DNA from: Hydrogenophaga intermedia
Lineage (GTDB): Bacteria > Pseudomonadota > Gammaproteobacteria > Burkholderiales > Burkholderiaceae_C
Assembly: GCA_943371055.1 (NCBI GenBank)
Contig: CALRTJ020000013.1
Location: 33,518 to 97,517, forward strand
Length of the DNA: 64,000 nucleotides
Direction of reading: 5' to 3'
The stretch's first letter is position 1. Every line of letters starts with the position of its first letter. This document shows, in pieces, positions 37,626 through 45,653 of this stretch. A program made the translations under genes and the position numbers. The notes beneath the pieces are model-generated. The model saw only the letters and a program-made list of their open reading frames with translations. It searched no databases and had not been told where the DNA came from.

Positions 37626-39125
37626 ATGAACGCGACCCAAGATCCCACGCCCAGCCCGGCCGAACGTTCGGCCCGTCAATCCGAGGTGGTGGCCGCGCTG
37701 TCGGCGGCGCTGCCGGCGCACGCCCTGCTGTGGCAGTCCGAGGACACCACGCCCTACGAGTGCGACGGCCTGACCGCCTACCGCCAGCGCCCGCTGGTGG
37801 TGGCCCTGCCCGAGACCGAGGCCCAGGTGGCCGCCGTGCTACGCGCCTGCCATGCGCTGGGTGTGCCGGTGGTGGCGCGCGGCGCCGGCACCGGCCTGTC
37901 CGGCGGCGCCATGCCTCACGCCATGGGCGTGACCCTTGGCCTGGCCAAGTTCAACCGCATCGTGCAGGTCGACCCGTACAGCCGCACCGCGGTCGTGCAG
38001 TGCGGGGTGCGCAACCTGGCCATCTCCGAGGCCGCGGCCCCGCACGGCCTGTATTACGCGCCCGACCCCTCCAGCCAGATCGCCTGCACCATCGGCGGCA
38101 ACATCGCCGAGAACTCCGGCGGCGTGCACTGCTTGAAGTACGGCCTGACGGTGCACAACGTGCTGAAAGTGCGCGGCTTCACCGCCGAGGGCGACCCGAT
38201 CGAGTTCGGCGGCGACGCCCTGGACTCGCCGGGGCTGGACCTGCTGGCCGCCGTCATCGGCAGCGAGGGCATGCTGGCCGTGGTCACCGAGGTCACGGTC
38301 AAGCTCACGCCCAAGCCGCAGCTGGCGCGCTGCGTGATGGCCAGCTTCGACGACGTGCGCAAGGCCGGTGACGCGGTCGCCGCGGTGATCGCCGCCGGCA
38401 TCATCCCGGCCGGCCTCGAGATGATGGACAAGCCCATGACCGCCGCGGTCGAGGACTTCGTCCACGCCGGCTACGACCTCGACGCCGAGGCCATCCTGCT
38501 GTGCGAGTCCGACGGCACGCCGGAAGAGGTCGAGGAAGAGATCGGCCGCATGACCGCGGTGCTGCAGGGCTGCGGCGCCACCCGCATCGAGGTCAGCCAG
38601 GACGAGGCCCAGCGCCTGCGCTTCTGGTCCGGCCGCAAGAACGCCTTCCCGGCCTCGGGGCGCATCAGCCCCGACTACATGTGCATGGACAGCACGATCC
38701 CGCGCAAGCGCCTGGCCGACATCCTGATCGCCATCGCCGAGATGGAGAAGAAGTACCGGCTGCGCTGCTGCAACGTCTTCCACGCCGGCGACGGCAACCT
38801 GCACCCGCTGATCCTGTTCGATGCCAACGACCCGGACCAGATGCACCGCTGCGAGCTGTTCGGTGCCGACATCCTGGAGACCAGCGTCGCCATGGGCGGC
38901 ACCGTCACCGGCGAGCACGGCGTGGGCGTCGAGAAGCTGGCCAGCATGTGCGTGCAGTTCAGCCCCGAGGAGCGCGAGCAGATGCACGCGCTCAAGCACG
39001 CCTTCGACCCGCAGGGCCTGCTCAACCCGGGCAAGGTCATCCCCACCCTGCACCGCTGTGCCGAGTACGGAAAGATGCACGTCAAGAAGGGGCTGCTGCC
39101 CTTCCCCGAACTGGAGCGTTTCTGA
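37626..39125 (+). CDS. glcD: glycolate oxidase subunit GlcD (FAD-linked oxidase)
   Basis: 499 aa. FAD_binding_4 blocks: PVVARGAGTGLSGGA. C-terminal blocks HAGDGNLHP and TGEHGVG. Confidence 0.9.
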   Translation: MNATQDPTPSPAERSARQSEVVAALSAALPAHALLWQSEDTTPYECDGLTAYRQRPLVVALPETEAQVAAVLRACHALGVPVVARGAGTGLSGGAMPHAMGVTLGLAKFNRIVQVDPYSRTAVVQCGVRNLAISEAAAPHGLYYAPDPSSQIACTIGGNIAENSGGVHCLKYGLTVHNVLKVRGFTAEGDPIEFGGDALDSPGLDLLAAVIGSEGMLAVVTEVTVKLTPKPQLARCVMASFDDVRKAGDAVAAVIAAGIIPAGLEMMDKPMTAAVEDFVHAGYDLDAEAILLCESDGTPEEVEEEIGRMTAVLQGCGATRIEVSQDEAQRLRFWSGRKNAFPASGRISPDYMCMDSTIPRKRLADILIAIAEMEKKYRLRCCNVFHAGDGNLHPLILFDANDPDQMHRCELFGADILETSVAMGGTVTGEHGVGVEKLASMCVQFSPEEREQMHALKHAFDPQGLLNPGKVIPTLHRCAEYGKMHVKKGLLPFPELERF

Positions 39126-40255
39126 TGTCCGGCGCGACCGATTCCATGACCCTCGACCCGGTGCTGCAGGCCCTGCAGGACCAGGTGCGGGACGCCGCCG
39201 CCCGCGGCCACGCGCTGTGCATCCGCGGCGCCGGCACCAAGGACTTCCTGGGCGGCCCGCTGGTGGGCGAGCCCCTGGACGTGCGCGCGCTGCGCGGCAT
39301 CTCGTCCTACGAGCCCACCGAGCTGGTGGTCACCGTGCGCGCCGGCACCCCGCTGGCCGAGCTCGAGGCCGCGTTGGCGGCCCAGGGCCAATGCCTGGCC
39401 TTCGAACCGCCGCGCCTGGGCGACCCGGCGCTGGGCGGCGGCACCGTCGGCGGCATGGTGGCGGCCGGCCTGGCCGGGCCCTCGCGCGCCGCGGTGGGTG
39501 GTGTGCGCGACTACGTGCTGGGCGCCACGCTGCTCAACGGCCGCGCCGAGGTGCTGAGCTTTGGCGGCCAGGTGATGAAGAACGTCGCCGGCTACGACGT
39601 CTCGCGCGTGCTGGCCGGCGCCATGGGCGTGCTGGGCGTGCTGTGCGAGGTCTCGCTGAAGGTGCTGCCGCTGGCGCCGGCCACGGCCACGCTCCGTTTC
39701 GACCTTGACCAGACCGCCGCGCTGCGGCGCGTCAACGAGTGGTCGGGCCAGCCCCTGCCGATCAACGCCAGCGCCTGGTGGGACGGCGCTCTGGTGCTGC
39801 GCCTGCGCGGCGCGCAGGCCGCGGTGGCCTCGGCCACCCGCCGCCTGGGCGGCGAGCCGGTGCCCGAGCCCATGGCCAGCGCCTTCTGGGACGGCCTGCG
39901 CGACCAGCGCGACGAGTTCTTCGGCCTGGCCGCGCAGGCCGTGGCCCAGGGGGCCACGCTGTGGCGCTGTTCGGTGGCCGCCACCGCGCCGCGGCTGGCG
40001 CTGCCGCCCGAGGACGCCCAGCTGATCGAGTGGGGCGGGGCGCTGCGCTGGGTGGTGTCGCGCCTGCCGGCCGAGCAGGTCCACGCGCTGGCCGCCGACG
40101 CCCGCGGCCACGCCCAGGCCTGGCGCGGCGCGGCCGAGGGGGCCGCCCGGGTGGCGCCGCTGCCCGAGGCCTCGCTGCGCATCCACCGCGCCCTCAAGCG
40201 CGCCTTCGACCCCGCCGGGGTCTTCAACCGCGACCGGCTGCTGCCGGGGCTCTGA
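39125..40255 (+). CDS. glcE: glycolate oxidase FAD-binding subunit GlcE
   Basis: The start overlaps the glcD stop codon. Blocks RGAGTKDFLG, MKNVAGYDVSR and a C-terminal AFDPAGVFN are present. Confidence 0.85.
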   Translation: MSGATDSMTLDPVLQALQDQVRDAAARGHALCIRGAGTKDFLGGPLVGEPLDVRALRGISSYEPTELVVTVRAGTPLAELEAALAAQGQCLAFEPPRLGDPALGGGTVGGMVAAGLAGPSRAAVGGVRDYVLGATLLNGRAEVLSFGGQVMKNVAGYDVSRVLAGAMGVLGVLCEVSLKVLPLAPATATLRFDLDQTAALRRVNEWSGQPLPINASAWWDGALVLRLRGAQAAVASATRRLGGEPVPEPMASAFWDGLRDQRDEFFGLAAQAVAQGATLWRCSVAATAPRLALPPEDAQLIEWGGALRWVVSRLPAEQVHALAADARGHAQAWRGAAEGAARVAPLPEASLRIHRALKRAFDPAGVFNRDRLLPGL

Positions 40256-40268
40256 GGCCGGCACCCCC

Positions 40269-40631
40269 ATGCCGCTGCTGCAAGGCTTCGCCCTGCTGCT
40301 GCTGTGCCAGTCGGCCGGCGAGGCCCTGCTGCGCCTGTTGGGCCTGTCGCTGCCCGCGCCGGTGATCGGCGCGGTGCTGCTGCTGGTGCTGCTGCGCTGG
40401 CGGCCGCTGCAGGCACCGGTGGGCGTGGCGGCCGAGGGCCTGCTGGCCCACCTGTCGCTGCTGTTCGTGCCGGTGGGCGTGGGCGTGATCACCCACCTGG
40501 GCCTGCTGGGCACCCACGGCCTGCGCATGCTGGTGGCCATCGTGCTGTCGACCTGGCTGGGCCTGGCGGTGACGGCGCTGGTGCTGCGCGCGCTGTGGCC
40601 GGTCGAGGCCGCGGGGGCGGACGCGACATGA
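40269..40631 (+). CDS. lrgA: CidA/LrgA-family membrane protein
   Basis: 120 aa with four TM segments. Begins LLLCQSAGEAL...LPAPVIGAVLL, typical of LrgA. Confidence 0.8.
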   Translation: MPLLQGFALLLLCQSAGEALLRLLGLSLPAPVIGAVLLLVLLRWRPLQAPVGVAAEGLLAHLSLLFVPVGVGVITHLGLLGTHGLRMLVAIVLSTWLGLAVTALVLRALWPVEAAGADAT

Positions 40632-41344
40632 GCGCCTTCGTCGAGCTCTGGGTCTACCTGTCGGCCACGCCGCTGTTCGGCCTGACCGCCACCCTCACCG
40701 TCTACGTCCTGGCCCTGATGGTCAGCCAGCGCCTGGGCCACCCGCCGCTGGCCAACCCGGTGCTGTGGTCGGTGCTGGCGCTGTCGGCCCTGCTGCTGGC
40801 CACCGGCACCGCCTACCCGGTGTTTTTCTCCGGGGCGCAGTTCATCCACTTCCTGCTCGGCCCCGCCGTGGTGGCGCTGGCCTGGCCGATGTGGCAGCGC
40901 CGGGCGCAGCTGCGCGCCCGCTGGCTGCCGCTGCTGGTGGCCGCGCTGGCCGGCGGCGCCGCGGCCGGGCTGGGCGCGGTGGCCATCGGCCATGCGCTGG
41001 GCCTGCCGCCCGAGATCCTCGCCTCGCTGGCCCCCAAGTCGGTCACCGCCCCGGTGGCCATGGGCATCGCCGAGCGCCTGCACGGCATCCCGGCGCTGGC
41101 CGCGGTGGCGGTGCTGCTGACCGGCCTGACCGGCGCCCTCAGCGGGCGCTACCTCTTCGACTGGCTGGGCGTGCGCGCGCCCGAGTGGCGCAGCTTCGCG
41201 CTGGGCACCGCCGCCCACGGCATCGGCGCGGCCCGGGCGATGCAGGTGCACCCCGATGCCGGCGCCTACGCCGGCCTGGCCCTGGGCCTGCAGGCCCTGC
41301 TGGCGGCGCTGCTGCTGCCGCTGCTGGCCGGCTGGTTTTCCTGA
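40628..41344 (+). CDS. lrgB: LrgB-family membrane protein
   Basis: ATGA overlap with lrgA. The LAPKSVTAPVAMGIAE block is typical of LrgB. About 238 aa, multi-TM. Confidence 0.85.
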   Translation: MSAFVELWVYLSATPLFGLTATLTVYVLALMVSQRLGHPPLANPVLWSVLALSALLLATGTAYPVFFSGAQFIHFLLGPAVVALAWPMWQRRAQLRARWLPLLVAALAGGAAAGLGAVAIGHALGLPPEILASLAPKSVTAPVAMGIAERLHGIPALAAVAVLLTGLTGALSGRYLFDWLGVRAPEWRSFALGTAAHGIGAARAMQVHPDAGAYAGLALGLQALLAALLLPLLAGWFS

Positions 41345-41369
41345 TCCGACGACCCGAACGACGACTGAC

Positions 41370-42650
41370 ATGCAAACCCATCTCGCCCCCGAATTCGTCG
41401 GCACCCCCGAAGGCGAGGCCGCCGAGGCCATCCTGCGCAAGTGCGTGCACTGCGGCTTCTGCACCGCCACCTGTCCCACCTACCAGCTGCTGGGCGACGA
41501 GCTCGACGGCCCGCGCGGCCGCAGCTACCTGATGAAGCAGGTGCTCGAAGGCGCCGAGGTCACCCGCGCCACCCAGCAGCACCTGGACCGCTGCCTGACC
41601 TGCCGCAACTGCGAGAGCACCTGCCCTAGCGGCGTGCAGTACGGCCGCCTGGTCGACATCGGCCGCCGCCTGGTCGAGAACAAGGTCGAACGCCCGCGCG
41701 GCGAGCGCGTGATGCGCTGGCTGCTCAAGGAGGGCCTGACCTCGCCCGCCTTCGCCCCCGCACTCAAGCTGGGCCAGGCCGTCAGGCCGCTGCTGCCCGC
41801 CTCGATCCAGCGCAAGCTGCCCGAGAAGGCCCCGGCCGGCGCCCACCGCTGGCCCACCCGCACCCATGCCCGCAAGGTCCTGCTGCTGCAGGGCTGCGTG
41901 CAGCCGGCGATGATGCCCAACATCAACTCGGCCACCGCGCGGGTGCTGGACGCCGCCGGCGTGCAGACCCTGGTGGCCGACGGCGCCGGCTGCTGCGGCG
42001 CGATCCGCGAGCACCTGAACGACCACCACGGCGCCATGGCCGACGCCCGCCGCAACATCGACGCCTGGTGGCCGCTGGTCGAGGGCCTGACCGCCGCCGG
42101 CACGGTCGAGGCCATCGTCACCAACGCCAGCGGCTGCGGCGTGGCGGTCAAGGACTACGGCCACCTGCTGGCCGCCGACCCGGCCTATGCCGACAAGGCC
42201 GCCCGCGTGTCGGCCCTGGCCCGCGACCTCAGCGAGCTGCTGCCCAGCCTGGTGGCGCCGCTGCAGCAGGTGCTGGCGGCGCAGCGCACCCGCGACGAGG
42301 CCGAAGGCTTCGAGCCGGTGCCGCTGGCCTGGCACCCGCCCTGCACCCTGCAGCACGGCCAGAAGCTGCGCGGCGGCGTCGAGACCCACCTGCGGGCCCT
42401 GGGCTTCCAGCTGACCGCGCCCTGCGACAGCCACCTGTGCTGCGGCTCGGCCGGCACCTACTCGGTGCTGATGCCCGAGCTGTCGATGCAGCTGCGCGAC
42501 CGCAAGCTCAAGGCCCTGTCGGCGGTCGAGGGCGAGGCCATCGTGTCGGCCAACATCGGCTGCATCCAGCACCTGCAGTCGGGCAGCGAGCGCCCGGTGC
42601 GGCACTGGGTCGAGGCCCTGGACGACGCGCTGCGCCCGGCGCTGGCCTGA
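41370..42650 (+). CDS. glcF: glycolate oxidase iron-sulfur subunit GlcF
   Basis: Two 4Fe-4S motifs (CVHCGFCTATCP and CLTCRNCESTCP). C-terminal CCG domains are present. Confidence 0.9.
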   Translation: MQTHLAPEFVGTPEGEAAEAILRKCVHCGFCTATCPTYQLLGDELDGPRGRSYLMKQVLEGAEVTRATQQHLDRCLTCRNCESTCPSGVQYGRLVDIGRRLVENKVERPRGERVMRWLLKEGLTSPAFAPALKLGQAVRPLLPASIQRKLPEKAPAGAHRWPTRTHARKVLLLQGCVQPAMMPNINSATARVLDAAGVQTLVADGAGCCGAIREHLNDHHGAMADARRNIDAWWPLVEGLTAAGTVEAIVTNASGCGVAVKDYGHLLAADPAYADKAARVSALARDLSELLPSLVAPLQQVLAAQRTRDEAEGFEPVPLAWHPPCTLQHGQKLRGGVETHLRALGFQLTAPCDSHLCCGSAGTYSVLMPELSMQLRDRKLKALSAVEGEAIVSANIGCIQHLQSGSERPVRHWVEALDDALRPALA

Positions 42651-42758
42651 GCCCCGCGACGGCCCTGCGCGGGGCCGGGTGGCGGACATTTGGGACAATC
42701 GCGGCTTCCCCCACTTTTCCCGGGCGCCGCCTGTTTCGCGGCCCACCCGGCTCATGCC

Positions 42759-43397
42759 ATGACCTACAGCGTCAAGGAGGTCTTCCTCACCCTGCAGGGC
42801 GAGGGCGGCCAGGCCGGCCGTGCCGCGGTGTTCTGCCGCTTCGCCGGCTGCAACCTCTGGAGCGGCCGTGAGGCCGACCGCGACAGCGCCAGCACCGTCT
42901 GCCGTTTCTGCGACACCGATTTCGTCGGCACCGACGGCAGCGGGGGCGGCAAGTTCGAACACGCCGACGCGCTGGCCGACCACATCGCCTCGCACTGGCC
43001 TGTCGGCCGCCCGAACGCGATGGTGGTGCTCACCGGCGGCGAGCCCCTGCTGCAGGTCGACACCGCGCTGATCGACGCGCTGCACGCCCGCGGCCTGCGC
43101 ATCGCGGTGGAGAGCAACGGCACCGTGGTGGCCCCCGAGGGCATCGACTGGCTGTGCATCAGCCCCAAGGCCGGCGCGCCGCTGCTGCAGCGCCAGGGCC
43201 AGGAGCTGAAGGTGGTGGTGCCCCAGGCGGGCCTGGACCTGGACGCGCTGGCGGCGCTGCCCTTCGAGCAGCATTTCCTGCAGGCCATGGACGGCCCGGC
43301 CCGCCAGGCCAACACCGCCTGGGCGGTGCAGCGCTGTCTGGACGACCCGCGCTGGCGCTTGTCGGTGCAGACCCACAAGCACCTGGGCATCCGCTGA
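42759..43397 (+). CDS. queE: 7-carboxy-7-deazaguanine synthase (radical SAM)
   Basis: EVFLTLQGEGGQAGRAAVFCRFAGCNLWSG...C..CDT is the QueE-specific radical SAM motif. The ending SVQTHKHLGIR fits the family. Confidence 0.9.
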   Translation: MTYSVKEVFLTLQGEGGQAGRAAVFCRFAGCNLWSGREADRDSASTVCRFCDTDFVGTDGSGGGKFEHADALADHIASHWPVGRPNAMVVLTGGEPLLQVDTALIDALHARGLRIAVESNGTVVAPEGIDWLCISPKAGAPLLQRQGQELKVVVPQAGLDLDALAALPFEQHFLQAMDGPARQANTAWAVQRCLDDPRWRLSVQTHKHLGIR

Positions 43398-43414
43398 ACC
43401 CGCCGAGCCGCACC

Positions 43415-43780
43415 ATGCTGTACGAACTGAGCCAGACCTTCTACTTCGAGGCCGCGCACACCCTGCGCCGCCAGATCGACGCCGAACCCAGCCGCCGGAT
43501 CCACGGCCACACCTACATCGCCGAGATCACCCTGGCCGGCACGCCCGACCCCGCCAGCGGCATGCTGGTGGACCTGGCCTTCCTGCGCCGCCAGATCGCC
43601 ACCCTGCGCGAGCAACTGGACCACCGCTTCCTCGACGAGGTCGAGGGCATCGGCCCGGCCACACTGGAAAACCTGTGCGCCTACATCTGGCGCGCCATGG
43701 CGGCCCACCACCCCGATACCCTGTCCTGCGTCGAGGTCCGCCGCGAGGCCAGCGGCGACGCCTGCCGGCTGCGGCGCTGA
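43415..43780 (+). CDS. queD: 6-carboxy-5,6,7,8-tetrahydropterin synthase
   Basis: 121 aa. FEAAH...HGHTY...DLAFL is the PTPS/QueD signature. Confidence 0.9.
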   Translation: MLYELSQTFYFEAAHTLRRQIDAEPSRRIHGHTYIAEITLAGTPDPASGMLVDLAFLRRQIATLREQLDHRFLDEVEGIGPATLENLCAYIWRAMAAHHPDTLSCVEVRREASGDACRLRR

Positions 43781-43826
43781 GCTGGGCGTTCGTTCACGGG
43801 TGATCCTGCCGGGGTGGGTGGCGTGG

Positions 43827-44067
43827 CGCCGGCCGCGGGGCAGCGGGCCGGGCGCACGAGGGGCGGTCGGCACTGCGTGCCGACTCCCCTGCGGTGCGCG
43901 CCGCCTGGGGTGGGCTCGGAACTCCCGCCGCTCGCCTGCGGCTCGCTGTGGTCGAACAGCCGAGCCCAAGTCAGTTCACGAAGCCTGACCTGCGGTCAGG
44001 CCCCCAGGCGGCTGTGCTCCTCGGCGCCCCTCGCATTGCGCCCGGCCCGCTGCCCCGCGGCCGGCGC
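43827..44067. repeat. 241-bp element bounded by perfect 31-bp terminal inverted repeats (MITE-like or long structured RNA)
   Basis: The left arm is gcgccggccgcggggcagcgggccgggcgca at 43827-43857. Its exact reverse complement lies at 44037-44067. Pairing extends 9 bp further inward across a 3-nt bulge. The interior holds further hairpins (gtcggcac-tgc-gtgccgac; gcctgacc-tgc-ggtcaggc). Confidence 0.75.
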
Positions 44068-44123
44068 CAGTTCAACCCGGTGTGCACGGCTCGCGTTTGC
44101 AGGCAACGGTCGGTGGCTGGCGC

Positions 44124-44207
44124 GGAGGGGGGCTTTGGCCCCGAACGAAGTGAAGAAGGAGGCTGCAGGCCGGGTGACATGAGAGAGGGGCCAAAGCCCC
44201 CCTCCGG
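44124..44207. repeat. perfect 20-bp inverted repeat with a 44-nt loop
   Basis: cggaggggggctttggcccc (44124-44143) pairs with ggggccaaagcccccctccg (44188-44207). Confidence 0.75.
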
Positions 44208-44257
44208 GCCGTGCGCCAAGCTCCGCCAGAGGGCCCGCTCGCGAAGGGCGGCGCAGT

Positions 44258-44899
44258 TCAGTCCTTCAGCAGCCGCCAGCCAAACCCGATCAGGAACACC
44301 CCCGCCAGCCGCTCCAGCCAGCGGGCCAGCGAGCGGTGCGCCCTCACCTGCTGGGCGACGGCCTGGGCGAAGGCGCACAGGGCCAGGCAGTAGACCGCGG
44401 TGATCGCGGCGATGGTGGCCGCCATGGTGGCGAAGGTGGGCAGGCCGCGGTGCTGGGCGGGGTCGATGAAGAGCGGGAAGAAGGCCATGTAGAACACGAT
44501 GGCCTTGGGGTTGAGCAGGGTGATCAGCAGGCTCTGGCGGAAGTAGTGGTGCGGCTCGATCCGCACCGGGCTGGCCGACTCGCCGTCCTTGGCGGTCAGC
44601 AGCTTCAAGCCGATCCAGGCCAGGTAGGCGGCGCCGGCCCAGCGCACGGCGCTGAACAGCGCGGGGTACGCGGCCATCAGCGCGGCCACGCCGGCCACCG
44701 CCAGCCACAGCAGGACCTGGTCGCCCACGATGATGCCGGCGGTGGCCGCGGCTCCGGCCCGGAAGCCGCCCTTGGCGGTGCTGGTGAGCAGGGCGAAGGT
44801 GCCGGGCCCTGGCAAGGCCAGGAACAACACGATGGCGGCGCAGAAGGCCGGGTAGTCGGCGATGCCCATGAACGGGCCCAGCAGGGTCAGGTGCTCCAT
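44258..44899 (-). CDS. LysE/RhtB-family amino-acid exporter
   Basis: 213 aa with six TM segments. The PGPGTFALL motif near the N-terminus is typical of the LysE family. Confidence 0.85.
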   Translation of the reverse strand: MEHLTLLGPFMGIADYPAFCAAIVLFLALPGPGTFALLTSTAKGGFRAGAAATAGIIVGDQVLLWLAVAGVAALMAAYPALFSAVRWAGAAYLAWIGLKLLTAKDGESASPVRIEPHHYFRQSLLITLLNPKAIVFYMAFFPLFIDPAQHRGLPTFATMAATIAAITAVYCLALCAFAQAVAQQVRAHRSLARWLERLAGVFLIGFGWRLLKD

Positions 44900-44927
44900 C
44901 GTTTCAGGATAGCGCAGCGCCCTGCCC

Positions 44928-44993
44928 TGTGGACAAGTCTGTGGATCAGCCCGGGAACAAGGGGTGGATGCCTTGTGGAGGGGGTGTGGACGG
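44928..44993 (+). promoter_or_regulatory. array of five same-orientation (T/G)GTGGA motifs (DnaA-box-like), spaced 11-12 bp or about twice that
   Basis: TGTGGACAA at 44928, TGTGGATCA at 44940, GGTGGATGC at 44963, TGTGGAGGG at 44974, TGTGGACGG at 44985. The complement of the DnaA-box consensus is TGTGGATAA. The array fills the 94-bp gap between the rsmG stop and the lysE-family start. Confidence 0.3.
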
Positions 44994-45653
44994 TCAGGCG
45001 GCGGGGCGCATCCAGACGATGCAGCGCTCGGCGTCCAGTCCGGGCACCTGCAAAGGTTCCACGTGGAACAGTGACACGTCTGCGGGCACGGCGCCCCGCT
45101 CTTCCGGGGTGAGTTTGGCCTTCATGGCGGCCCAGGTGCCGCCGGGGGCCAGGCGCTCGCGGGTCAGGTCGATGAAGTCCACCAGGGACGCGAAGGCGCG
45201 CGAGGTGATCATCTGGAACGGCGGCTCCTTCATGGCCTCGACCCGGGCGTGCACGGCCTGCAGGTTCTTCAGGCCGAGTTCGGCCGCGGCCTGGCGGATG
45301 AAGGTGGCCTTCTTCGCGACGGTGTCCACGCAGGTGATCGACCAGCCGGGGTTGGCGATGGCCAGCACCACGCCGGGCAGGCCAGCGCCGCTGCCGACAT
45401 CCAGCAGGCGGAGGTCGTCGGCGTGGCCCTGGGTGGCGGCCTGGGTGCGCAGGGGCGCCACCACGGTCAGGCAGTCCAGCAGGTGTTGGGCCAACATCTG
45501 CTGCGGGTCGCGGATGGCGGTCAGGTTGTAGACCTTGTTCCAGCGGCCGATCAGGTCCAGGTAGTCCAGCAGTTGCTGCGGGGCTTGGGGCGGCAGGGTC
45601 AGGCCGAGGGTCTCGATGCCTTGGGCCAGGGCGGCGGCTTGCGGGTGGGTCAT
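44994..45653 (-). CDS. rsmG: 16S rRNA (guanine527-N7)-methyltransferase RsmG (GidB)
   Basis: SAM motif [12 protein letters not shown] and the family block ITSRAFA. ATGA overlap with the mnmG stop codon. Confidence 0.9.
   Translation of the reverse strand: MTHPQAAALAQGIETLGLTLPPQAPQQLLDYLDLIGRWNKVYNLTAIRDPQQMLAQHLLDCLTVVAPLRTQAATQGHADDLRLLDVGSGAGLPGVVLAIANPGWSITCVDTVAKKATFIRQAAAELGLKNLQAVHARVEAMKEPPFQMITSRAFASLVDFIDLTRERLAPGGTWAAMKAKLTPEERGAVPADVSLFHVEPLQVPGLDAERCIVWMRPAA
45055..45070. promoter_or_regulatory. parS-like ParB binding site (15/16 palindromic) inside rsmG
   Basis: GGTTCCACGTGGAACA compared with consensus TGTTNCACGTGAAACA. It encodes LFHVEP of RsmG. Confidence 0.6.

Noticed and set aside
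38675-41479. 934-aa minus-strand ORF spanning glcD to glcF
   Set aside because: It is antisense to five well-supported genes. Its Arg/Gly/Ala/Pro-rich composition is typical of off-frame ORFs in very high-GC DNA.
42651-42758. preQ1-type riboswitch upstream of queE
   Set aside because: Only a GC-rich hairpin is seen (gccccgcg...cgcggggc), which looks like the glcF terminator. I could not recognise preQ1 aptamer features by eye. This cannot be excluded without a covariance-model search.
44178-44260. Small ORF starting in the loop of the 20-bp inverted repeat (a GAAGGAGG-like sequence about 15 nt upstream of the ATG at 44180)
   Set aside because: The translation runs through the repeat arm with no conservation signal. 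The spacing to the putative RBS is long. It is more likely a chance occurrence inside a structured element.
44900-44993. Chromosomal replication origin (oriC) between rsmG and the LysE-family gene
   Set aside because: The gap is only 94 bp, with no AT-rich unwinding element, and only two motifs are close to the DnaA-box consensus. Kept as a possible DnaA-binding or regulatory array, not as oriC.
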